Below are positions 57,301 through 64,000 of a stretch of DNA of 64,000 bases, in pieces. Made by a program: the position numbers and the translations under genes. The stretch covers positions 3,264,001 through 3,328,000 of the forward strand of contig CAXXTU010000002.1 of assembly GCA_963662655.2 (NCBI GenBank), written 5' to 3'. Source of the DNA: Candidatus Cloacimonadales bacterium (lineage in GTDB: Bacteria > Cloacimonadota > Cloacimonadia > Cloacimonadales > JAIOQZ01). The first letter of the stretch is position 1; the number at the start of each line of letters is the position of its first letter. The notes under the pieces were generated by a model. It was not told the DNA's origin and did not search any database. It saw nothing but the letters and a program-made list of their open reading frames with translations.

Positions 57301-57866
57301 ATGTTGGGAAGTCTCGTGCTCCAGTTTCTGTATGATGTGGGGAAAGCTCCATTCGCGTAACCATAAGATGTGCGATAGGTTGAATAAAATGTATAGTAGA
57401 AATATGGTGAAGTGGATGAGGCGGAGCCATCGTGATTCTCATATACGATGTCTATACCACCAACGCCAGAGTAGTGGAAGGGAGTATCGAGCGTGATTGT
57501 CAACCAGCCGGATTGATTGATGATTACCGTGCCTGAAAAACAAAGATAATATCCGTTGTTTGCTGGATCCGGATAATAGCGATCGGGTATTGCAGATTCA
57601 ACGCATGATTTCATGTAGATCATCTGCGAGTTTGCTACAATTTCACTGGAATCATACCATAGGTTTAGGGCAATTTGTTCTATATAGCAATCTCCCATAG
57701 AACCGATTTCGCTTTCCGTATATAGCATTCTGCACCAGCTGTAATCATAGCTTGTCGTTATTGGTATTCCACCTGTTGCAGATGTACCATTTCCTACGGT
57801 CAATTCATCGGCAAGAAGTGGCATTAGCATGATTAAGAAAAGAAAAACGATAAAGTTATTTTTCAT
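54231..57866 (-). CDS. Cargo: 1211-aa secreted adhesin-like protein (Fn3-like repeats, choice-of-anchor/MAM-like, CARDB, beta-propeller)
   Basis: Signal peptide; two 'GTDNPPTNI...YYW.ITPYN.AG.A..CP.WSF.T' repeats; stop codon lies inside the antisense phage remnant. Confidence 0.85.
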   Translation of the reverse strand: MKNNFIVFLFLIMLMPLLADELTVGNGTSATGGIPITTSYDYSWCRMLYTESEIGSMGDCYIEQIALNLWYDSSEIVANSQMIYMKSCVESAIPDRYYPDPANNGYYLCFSGTVIINQSGWLTITLDTPFHYSGVGGIDIVYENHDGSASSTSPYFYYTFYSTYRTSYGYANGAFPTSYRNWSTRLPNMRFTYGPGFDPPGCATVLYPENSATDILLSQQLSWEAAEGEIDGYNFSLGTDNPPTNILLMCDIGDQLSYQLTDELDYSQTYYWQITPYNLAGNAEGCPVWSFSTLTPPQPATIDSPTDGSNDISVYQSLDWTHGDGIIDGYRISIGTDNPPTNICNMENLGDVTTYAPDSPWDYAQAYYWKITPYNEAGDADSCPIWSFTTENAPVIDTFPYSNGFNGQPFPPEGWDWGYLTWFERYLEQYATGANPYVTPYEGTHMVGMDSYNNYYNAYLTTPQIMMQPGYIYTASVWVYRDAGYPDADDVLYIDRNTTQEYEYVTDIGRVYRATQREPQEETEGWHRYAFDFEVENAGTQYIFLRCIASYYQQGNNMFFDDFTIDRRNGSFPVTESFDTASIPEGWTQTNQGGITSNRWSISETNFAGDEANEMMAEYMEGTGISRLISPALFTGDMDRFAVVFSSDYWDYDTGVTAKIQYSHDLATWYDTSWYWEGGWGDYVNTDIVQIPVQDNAEYTYIAWTLDGNHYSFDYWFVDDVEFCQMEYDVEAYSIDIQEAVPGGDLIPRATVINNGDHTESFEVNFYIDEELWDSQMVADLPPQQTQELEFSAIPMEENFIYDWTLEVYMDSDQVEANDFLDSYSVCLPLDVTAYADIAYDPNGILSGLCSFSLQDPQTLSVLPFTPLNTNFLPGGDWVDGKWLASEYSTNTLWEIVPDLETMTSLGVSSTYLNGIAWDVNHEILYGATSTELYQVDPLTGALTLIGSFQDENLVMIGIAFDSWSDVLYGVDLTYSALFSIDTATGEAIPVGELGYYLNYAQDLAFDTENGYMYLSGYAWNGVEYAGTLFWIDTYSGYAYKIEDIQSDCELTAFAIPFDSVSAPVVSISGPGSLSWVPIENISSYKVFSAEHPEDEFTFREQVTDNYWQDPSPADEMGYYFVTSVNGSILRRQQNELTQSLSERNRKIDKREEKISEFRKKHHRKTSRFNVIHASHFVENRGDSHTGLGVVSSTSAPPPFASGRRPALRRR

Positions 57867-57911
57867 AAATCAACTCCTTTTTTGCAACAATGTACGATAC
57901 GTGCTGAGTGG

Positions 57912-58130
57912 ATGTCAAGCATATTGAACCGCAAGAAGAAGCCGACGGTCTCGACCGACCGCGATATCGCCTTCGTGAAGCCGATCTATTCCACCGTCGA
58001 TGAGAAAGAAGATCTCGGAATTCACGACGAGAATCTGGTGCTTACAGGCGCGGATTTCCCGCTGGACGCGAAGCCCGGACAGGTGTTCATCAGAAACGGA
58101 AAAACCTACATATACAAGGAGAACGAATGA
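57912..58130 (+). CDS. Phage right-end small protein (possibly 5'-truncated)
   Basis: GC-rich ORF, 'FP.DAKPGQVFIRNGKTYIY', coupled to the next ORF. Confidence 0.5.
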   Translation: MSSILNRKKKPTVSTDRDIAFVKPIYSTVDEKEDLGIHDENLVLTGADFPLDAKPGQVFIRNGKTYIYKENE

Positions 58131-58393
58131 CGCAAACTGAACTCTTCCAGACCACGAAACTGGAGCTGACGCACGAGTATGAGCGGCTCCAAAGACTCAT
58201 CCAGGAATCGCGCGAGAAGCTACTCAAGACCGAGGGCGCGTTGCTGCTGCTCGGTCGGCTCGAACGTGAAGCGAGGTCGTCGCATACGGCGGGAAGCTGT
58301 ATGTCTGGAGTGGTGATAAGTAGAATCGAAGGAAATCAACCGGCCTGCTCGTCTTGGGGCAGGCTTTTTTTCTGCTCAAAAACACCCATATAG
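58127..58393 (+). CDS. Small coiled-coil phage protein with probably scrambled 3' end
   Basis: RBS AAGGAG; coiled coil; a different frame carries the remnant 'EVVAYGGKLYVWSGDK*'. Confidence 0.45.
   Translation: MTQTELFQTTKLELTHEYERLQRLIQESREKLLKTEGALLLLGRLEREARSSHTAGSCMSGVVISRIEGNQPACSSWGRLFFCSKTPI
58342..58372 (+). terminator. Late-operon terminator
   Basis: GCCTGCTC/GGGCAGGC stem followed by a T-tract. Confidence 0.8.
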
Positions 58394-58451
58394 TGTCATT
58401 GGTTTGGCAGAATTTGCCAAACCCGTGTCACTTTTCTGCCAAACCCGTGGC
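58394..58451 (-). repeat. Right end (attR) transposase-binding sites R3, R2 and R1
   Basis: TGTCATTGGTTTGGCAGAA (58394, opposite orientation), TTTGCCAAACCCGTGTCA (58413) and TTCTGCCAAACCCGTGGC (58434). Confidence 0.8.
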
Positions 58452-59784
58452 TGTCCCGTCCTGAAATAGGTTGACCGTTGGGTCGAAGGAGGCTCAGGTA
58501 TGGGAGAAAATGTGAAACGACGGGCGAAGCGTTGCGAAGTGAAGGCGCGGGTGCTGCATCACGTGCTGACGAGCGACTACTGCGTGGCGGAGCTCGCGGA
58601 GCAGTACGACATATCCGTTCGCACGCTGTATCGCTGGATCAAAGAGGACGCCGTGAAGCCGGCGCGACGCAAGGGAGCTCAAAAGCGAGGTCGCATGGCG
58701 AAAGAAGATTACAAGGACAAGACAATCGCGGAGCTGGAGAAGAAGGTGCAGGATTTGCAGGCTGCGTTGAGCGAGAAAGTGCTGGAGAACTGCGCGTTGC
58801 AGGCGATCGTGAACGTGACCGAGCGCAAGTACGGCAACAGCGCAAAAAAAAAGACTGGTTCGCTGTTGTCACCGAATGTCGAGCTGTCGCGAAAGAAAGA
58901 GAAGTAGCCGCGAACATGCAGGTGATTTGCGGCTTGTTCGGTCGCAGCAAGCAGAGCTACTACCAGCACAGGAAGCGGCTCCATCGGCTCCAGGCGGAGG
59001 TGGAGGAGATCGTATCCGCCGTGCGCGAGATTCGCGTGAAACAGCCACGCGTCGGGGCGCGGAAGCTGCAATACATGCTGAAGGCGCGCGGGCTCGAGGT
59101 TGGTCGCGACCGGCTGTTCGGCATCCTGCGCGACTACGGGCTGCTGTCGACGGCGTACCGCTCATACCTCCGCACGAGCCTGGGCAGCCGCAGTCGACAC
59201 CCGAACCTGGTGAAGGACATCATCGCTCGCCGCGTCGGCCAGATCATCGCGAGCGACATCACCTACATCCGCTTGCAACGCGGATTCGCCTACCTTTCGC
59301 TGACCTCGGATCAGTACTCGGACGCGATCCTGGGATATTCGCTGCAGCCCGACCTGCGCACGCATGGTCCCGCGCTCTCTCTGAAACGGGCGATGAGGTC
59401 GTTGCGCAATGCCGGAGCCGTGGATATCAAAGGCTGCATCCACCACTCCGATCATGGTACGCAATTCACCAGCGCCTGCTTCCAGAACGCGCTGCGACGC
59501 TACTGCTATCGCACCAGCATGACCGGTCCGGGCAAGTGCTACGACAACGCCAAGGCGGAGCGCATCAACGGGATTCTGAAGCACGAGTTGGGGCTGGAAC
59601 GGAGATTCAGGGACTTCGACGACGCGCTGAAGTACGTAGAGGAAGCAGTTCGGATCTACAACGAAGAACGGCTCATCATCACGCAGGGCTACCGCACACC
59701 GAACGAGATATTGAACGCAGCGTAGGAAGCAATCGAAATGAAATCAAACACGAAAAAGCTGGTCAACTATTTTAGGACGGGACA
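58452..59784 (+). mobile_element. IS3-family insertion sequence
   Basis: Terminal IRs TGTCCCGTCCTGAAATAGGTTGACC / GGTCAACTATTTTAGGACGGGACA; orfA HTH and orfB DDE. Confidence 0.93.
58500..59725 (+). CDS. IS3 transposase OrfAB (-1 programmed frameshift at A9G, ~58844-58853)
   Basis: orfA HTH 'ELA..Y.IS..TLYRW'; orfB SDITYI, HHSDHG.QF and NAKAER.NG.LK motifs. Confidence 0.9.
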
Positions 59785-59835
59785 CAGTAAATCCCCATAA
59801 AAATTTGCTGGAAGAATTATCTTGACATCATTGAT

Positions 59836-59849
59836 TGAGTGTATACTCA
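59836..59849. promoter_or_regulatory. Probable TetR operator palindrome
   Basis: TGAGT-GTAT-ACTCA just downstream of TTGACA (59822) and upstream of tetR. Confidence 0.6.
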
Positions 59850-59875
59850 TTGACTACGTGATCAGTGAGGTGCGC

Positions 59876-60478
59876 ATGGCGACGAAAAGAAAACAGCAGA
59901 AGGCCTTTACCAGAAGAATAATCTTCGAGACGGCCAAAGAGATGTTCCTCCAGCGGGGATTCATCTCCGTATCGACGGCTGAAATCGCCAGAGAGGCGGG
60001 GGTGGCGCATGGAACGTTGTTCGTGCATTTCCCGACGCGTGAAGATCTGGTCCTCGATGTTGTTGATTCAGAGATGGAGCAGGCTCAAAGACGGATCGAC
60101 GGGATGATGGAAGAGTCGGCGGATTTTATCAAGCTCGCGGGGAAATATCTCGAATTCGTCTCGGAGCATGAGGCTTTCTATGCGCAGCTCGCGAAGGAAC
60201 TGCCGTTCTTCTCGCCGGAGATGCGCGACAAGATCATCTTCCGCCAGGCGATTGTTCAAATGCAGTTCCTCGATATCATGAAAAGTGATTTCCCCTGCGA
60301 CCGCAAAAACGGAACGAGATTCGAGGATGTTGTCCGGCACTTTTTCGGGATGCTGCACTACTACCTGTGCATGAAAGACGCATACAATCAGGAGGGCAGC
60401 ACGGTCGCGAGATTCAAGGATTCGCTGTTAAATACAATTCAAACGCTACTGGGAACTTGCAAGAGAGATCAACCATGA
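59876..60478 (+). CDS. TetR/AcrR family regulator
   Basis: 'I...A..MF...GF...ST.EIA.EAGVAHGTLF.HF.TREDL' HTH. Confidence 0.92.
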   Translation: MATKRKQQKAFTRRIIFETAKEMFLQRGFISVSTAEIAREAGVAHGTLFVHFPTREDLVLDVVDSEMEQAQRRIDGMMEESADFIKLAGKYLEFVSEHEAFYAQLAKELPFFSPEMRDKIIFRQAIVQMQFLDIMKSDFPCDRKNGTRFEDVVRHFFGMLHYYLCMKDAYNQEGSTVARFKDSLLNTIQTLLGTCKRDQP

Positions 60479-63400
60479 AACGATGTAAGAGCTGCGGAAA
60501 GATTCTGAAGGAAAACCAGGGCAGGAAATACTGCGACGACTGCTCGGATGAATCGGGATACAGGCGACGCTACGGTGAAATCGTGGAGCGCATGGCCGAA
60601 CGGATGTCGGAGGAGCTCGGGTATTCCAGGGTTTTCGCGATGAATCTGACCGGAAACAACATGAAGCAGATGCCGGCTTGGGCAAGGAAAGGAGAAAGCA
60701 TGAAGAAGAGAATGATTATCACCGATATTGGCAGCACCACAACCAAGGCGATTCTTCTGGTGCGCGAGAACGACGGCTACAAGATGTATGGCCCGGTCCA
60801 TGCGCCAACCACCGTGGAAAAGCCGCACGAGGATGTGATGCGCGGCGTTATGGACAGCCTGAAAATGCTGCATGAGAAGACCGGTCAGAACCTCCTGGAC
60901 GATTCCGGCAGCGAGATTGATCCCGAAAACATGTACCTCACGACCAGCAGCGCGGGAGGCGGCCTCCAGATTCTGGTGGTCGGGCTTACGGTGTTCGATT
61001 CCGCGAGCAGCGCGAAGAGGGCCTCTTACGGGGCCGGCGGCGTTCTGCTGGACGTGTTCGCCATCGATGACAAGCGCTCCGCGATCGAGCAGATGCTGGC
61101 GATGCATCGCTTGTTTCCGGATATCATCCTGTTCTCCGGTGGCATCGACGGTGGGGCGGTTTCGGGTCTGGTGCGGCTGGGTGAGCTGCTCTCCATGGCC
61201 GAGCCCAAGGCCAAGTTTGGCATCGAGGAGAAGGTTCCGCTCGTTTTCGCTGGGAACAAGAAGGCCGTAAACATTATGGAGGCGATCTTCAAGGATGGCT
61301 TCGACCTGAACATTGTGCCCAACCTGCGCCCGACGATGGAGACAGAGAACCTACAGCCTGCTTGTGACAAGATACACCAGCTCTTCATGGACCATGTGAT
61401 GGAACGGGCTCCGGGATACTCTGCGCTGAAGAAGATCGTCAGCGACGATATCATTCCCACGCCCACCGGCGTCATGAAGTCGATGCAAATCCTCAGCGAG
61501 AGCCTCAATACCAACGTAATGGCCGTTGATATCGGGGGGGCGACAACGGATGTCTTCTCCAATATTCTTGGTGGTTTCTACCGGACGGTGAGTGCGAACT
61601 ACGGCATGAGTTACAGCATCGCCAACGTCATGAAGGACGCCTCCAGCGAGATGATTCTCAAGTTGCTTCCCAAGGATATACCCAGGCGATATGTTACGAA
61701 CTACGTAGGGAATAAAATGCTGTTCCCGACAACCTATCCGGGCTGCAACGTGCAGTTCGCAATCGAGCTCGTCACCGCGGCTCAGGCAATCAGGATGTCG
61801 AAGCGACAGCACATGGAGATGCACTTCAACACGGAGCAGCTCGGTATATTGGACCGACTCAAGAAAACTGATTTCGACAAGTTCACCGAGATCGTGTACT
61901 TCGGGCAGAAGCAGGATGAACGCAGATTCCACGAGCGGGATATCGAGATATTGATCGGAGCCGGTGGTGTGATTGCCGCTGCCCCGACGGCTCTCCACGC
62001 CCTACTCATGATTGTGGACGGTTTATATCCCGAAGGCGTCACCGAAATCTGGCGCGACCGGCATTTCACAACCCCGCATCTGGGCAAGCTGAGCGATATC
62101 GACGAGGATCTCGCGAAGAGTATCCTGCTCAATGACTGCTATGAGAAGCTTGCAACGGTTATTACCCCGCTGGCGAAGAAGGTGAAGACCGGCAAGAAGG
62201 TCATGACGATCAGCATTACGGGCACGGACATCATGCCGAAAGTCGTGGTTGCGGCAGGGGAATTGCGCTACCTCGATAACCCGTCGCGAGAGAAGAGGAT
62301 ATACCGGGTTGAGCTCGACAAGAATATATATCTTCAGGATAACGAGCGCAACGCGACGATCGAATCGGAACTCCCGGTCCTGATCGACGCCAGATTTGGG
62401 GATGTGACCAAGTCTTCGGTCTCGGAGTTGTTACCTCTGGATGTGAAGAATTTGAAGCCGGTCGAAGATCATTTCCGGCATGACGATCCGGAGAACCGGA
62501 TCAGTGAAGTCGTGGAAAACCTGACGATCGAACTGCCGTACCCGGGCGATATCCTGGTCAAAGAGGGCGATCTGGTGCGCTCCGACACGCTGGTGGGAGA
62601 GATTCTCTACGATCCGCCCCGGATTTTCATCGTCTCGCTGTTCAATGTAGCGGAATTGGATCTGAGTGCGCAGAGCCTTGGTGAGTATATTCAGGTAAAG
62701 GAAGGGGACAAGGTGGAGATGGGCCAGAACCTCATCGACAAAGGCAAGATGTCGATTCTGGAAGAACTCAAAGGCGCGATGCGAACGTATCAATCACCGG
62801 TGAGAGGGGTTGTCGAGCGGATCAACCACGAGGACGGGACGATTATTATGCGTGAGATCCAGGACTATTCCAAGCATCCGACAAAGTACAATATCGCTGC
62901 AAGGCTTGGCATCAAGCCGAACCGGATCAAGGGTTACCTGAAGAAGCAAAAGGGCGACTATATCCACGCAGGTGAGACCATCGCCAAGCGCATCCTCGAT
63001 ACCAAGGAGGGGCGGACGCCGATGTTCGTCAATTCCTCGACAACCGGAACGATAACGGATGTCGATCTGGAAAAGGGTGTTGTTACGGTGCAGTACATCA
63101 AGGAGCCTTACAGGCGTTACGCGAATCTCCCCGGGAAGGTCATCGAAGTGAAAGAACATCATTCGGCGAGGATCCAGTATCGTGGAAGGCAGTTTGACGG
63201 CGTCATCGGTTTCGGCGGAGAAGCAGGTGCCGCATTGCACTGGATGAAGTCGGCGAGCGACTTCGTCTCGGGATTGGTGAATGTGTGGAGCGGCAAGCTC
63301 GAAATCAGCATGTTGCACGACGCAGATAAAAGAGGGATTGCCGGGTTGATCGCGCCGGGTATCGATTTCGACGATATCAACGGTTATCTGCAATCACCGA

Positions 63401-63588
63401 TAGGCGTCGGGCTGACCGGTAACGAGAATATCCCATTCCCGATCGTACTGACGGAGGGTTTTGGGGACTTCCGGTTATCCGATGCGCTCACGAGGGTATT
63501 GCGAGAGTCTGAGGGCAAGCATTGCTATCTCAACGGCATGACGCAGATCCGTGCAGGGGTTGTGCGGCCGGTCGTTGTGATCGTATAG
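60475..63588 (+). CDS. Zinc-ribbon + GlmL/MutL (glutamate mutase L-like ASKHA ATPase) + C-terminal domain fusion
   Basis: CxxC...CxxC...PAW N-terminus; DIGSTTTKA, SSAGGGL, GGIDGG, PTP and DIGGATTDVFS motifs. Confidence 0.85.
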   Translation: MKRCKSCGKILKENQGRKYCDDCSDESGYRRRYGEIVERMAERMSEELGYSRVFAMNLTGNNMKQMPAWARKGESMKKRMIITDIGSTTTKAILLVRENDGYKMYGPVHAPTTVEKPHEDVMRGVMDSLKMLHEKTGQNLLDDSGSEIDPENMYLTTSSAGGGLQILVVGLTVFDSASSAKRASYGAGGVLLDVFAIDDKRSAIEQMLAMHRLFPDIILFSGGIDGGAVSGLVRLGELLSMAEPKAKFGIEEKVPLVFAGNKKAVNIMEAIFKDGFDLNIVPNLRPTMETENLQPACDKIHQLFMDHVMERAPGYSALKKIVSDDIIPTPTGVMKSMQILSESLNTNVMAVDIGGATTDVFSNILGGFYRTVSANYGMSYSIANVMKDASSEMILKLLPKDIPRRYVTNYVGNKMLFPTTYPGCNVQFAIELVTAAQAIRMSKRQHMEMHFNTEQLGILDRLKKTDFDKFTEIVYFGQKQDERRFHERDIEILIGAGGVIAAAPTALHALLMIVDGLYPEGVTEIWRDRHFTTPHLGKLSDIDEDLAKSILLNDCYEKLATVITPLAKKVKTGKKVMTISITGTDIMPKVVVAAGELRYLDNPSREKRIYRVELDKNIYLQDNERNATIESELPVLIDARFGDVTKSSVSELLPLDVKNLKPVEDHFRHDDPENRISEVVENLTIELPYPGDILVKEGDLVRSDTLVGEILYDPPRIFIVSLFNVAELDLSAQSLGEYIQVKEGDKVEMGQNLIDKGKMSILEELKGAMRTYQSPVRGVVERINHEDGTIIMREIQDYSKHPTKYNIAARLGIKPNRIKGYLKKQKGDYIHAGETIAKRILDTKEGRTPMFVNSSTTGTITDVDLEKGVVTVQYIKEPYRRYANLPGKVIEVKEHHSARIQYRGRQFDGVIGFGGEAGAALHWMKSASDFVSGLVNVWSGKLEISMLHDADKRGIAGLIAPGIDFDDINGYLQSPIGVGLTGNENIPFPIVLTEGFGDFRLSDALTRVLRESEGKHCYLNGMTQIRAGVVRPVVVIV

Positions 63589-63614
63589 AAGAGACTTCCT
63601 CCTGTTATATAACG

Positions 63615-63646
63615 AAGCCCTCGAAGCCGGGAGGCTTCGAGGGCTT
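63615..63646. terminator. Bidirectional terminator hairpin
   Basis: Perfect 14-bp stem AAGCCCTCGAAGCC/GGCTTCGAGGGCTT between convergent genes. Confidence 0.85.
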
Positions 63647-63691
63647 ACAGGTAGACACGGGTTTCAGGGAAAATCTAAGAATCAGTTGAAA

Positions 63692-64000
63692 CTACTTCAA
63701 TAACATAGCCCTTTGAACCCACTGCTCTGAGCCTGAGCGAATGCGGAACAGATAGACACCGCTTGAGGCATTCTTTCCATTATGGTCGATGCCGTTCCAC
63801 CGGCAGGTATGCTTGCCGACGGGCAGCATTTCATTCATGATCGTATCGATTTTTCTGCCGCGCAGATCGAAGACATCGATGGTTGTATGAGCCTGTTTCG
63901 CAAGTTCGAACTGGATCGACGTGTCCGGATTGAATGGATTCGGATAGATCGTTACCTTAGTTGGGGCAGCGATTTGAATATCCTCGTCTGCTGCGAGGGC
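63692..64000 (-). CDS. 3' end of a protein with FlgD/T9SS-type CTD (partial)
   Basis: Hand translation: ...IYPNPFNPDTSIQFEL...FDLRGRKI...WNG...SSGVYLFR...RAMLLK*. Confidence 0.85.
   Translation of the reverse strand, partial: ALAADEDIQIAAPTKVTIYPNPFNPDTSIQFELAKQAHTTIDVFDLRGRKIDTIMNEMLPVGKHTCRWNGIDHNGKNASSGVYLFRIRSGSEQWVQRAMLLK

Larger units (their letters stand above)
25764..58451 (+). mobile_element. Mu-like transposable prophage, defective and cargo-laden
   Basis: Left end begins with TG; repeated motif TG(A/C)CACNGGTTTGGCA at both ends; repressor/Ner/MuA/MuB module; terminase, portal, protease-capsid, tail tube and chaperone genes; methylases. Confidence 0.9.

Noticed and set aside
63653..63668. 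AGACACGGGTTTCAGG resembling the prophage end motif
   Set aside because: It is a single partial match lacking the TGGCA half and the terminal TG, and lies beyond ordinary host genes.
1..64000. rRNA, tRNA or recognisable riboswitch
   Set aside because: None was recognised by eye; a tRNAscan/Infernal run would be needed to exclude them formally.

Overview
Bacterial chromosomal window. It is probably from Cloacimonadota or another FCB-group lineage, inferred from the many proteins ending in an 'NPFNP...IYNIKGQKV...KMLLLK' FlgD/T9SS-type C-terminal sorting domain. Bases 1-25.7 kb are host genes: FapA, psuG, two TPR histidine-kinase-type proteins, a REC-PAS-GGDEF protein with degenerate EAL, an amidohydrolase, and secreted CTD proteins. 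This part also holds an unusual tdh-acpS-acyl-AMP ligase...ACP-kbl-MFS cluster, split by a tandem array of four paralogous lipoproteins and containing a ~170-bp palindrome over the kbl promoter. Bases ~25764-58451 are a Mu-like transposable prophage with recognisable L/R transposase-binding ends, repressor, MuA, MuB, head genes, partial tail genes and two adenine methylases. About half of it has been replaced by AT-richer cargo with its own promoters: large secreted surface proteins and several candidate defence genes. The terminase is frameshifted by a small fold-back insert, the tape-measure/baseplate region is gone, and an IS3 element sits in the extreme right end. After it come a TetR regulator, a GlmL/MutL-like fusion protein and the 3' end of another CTD protein. 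All calls come from reading motifs by eye; no database searches were run.
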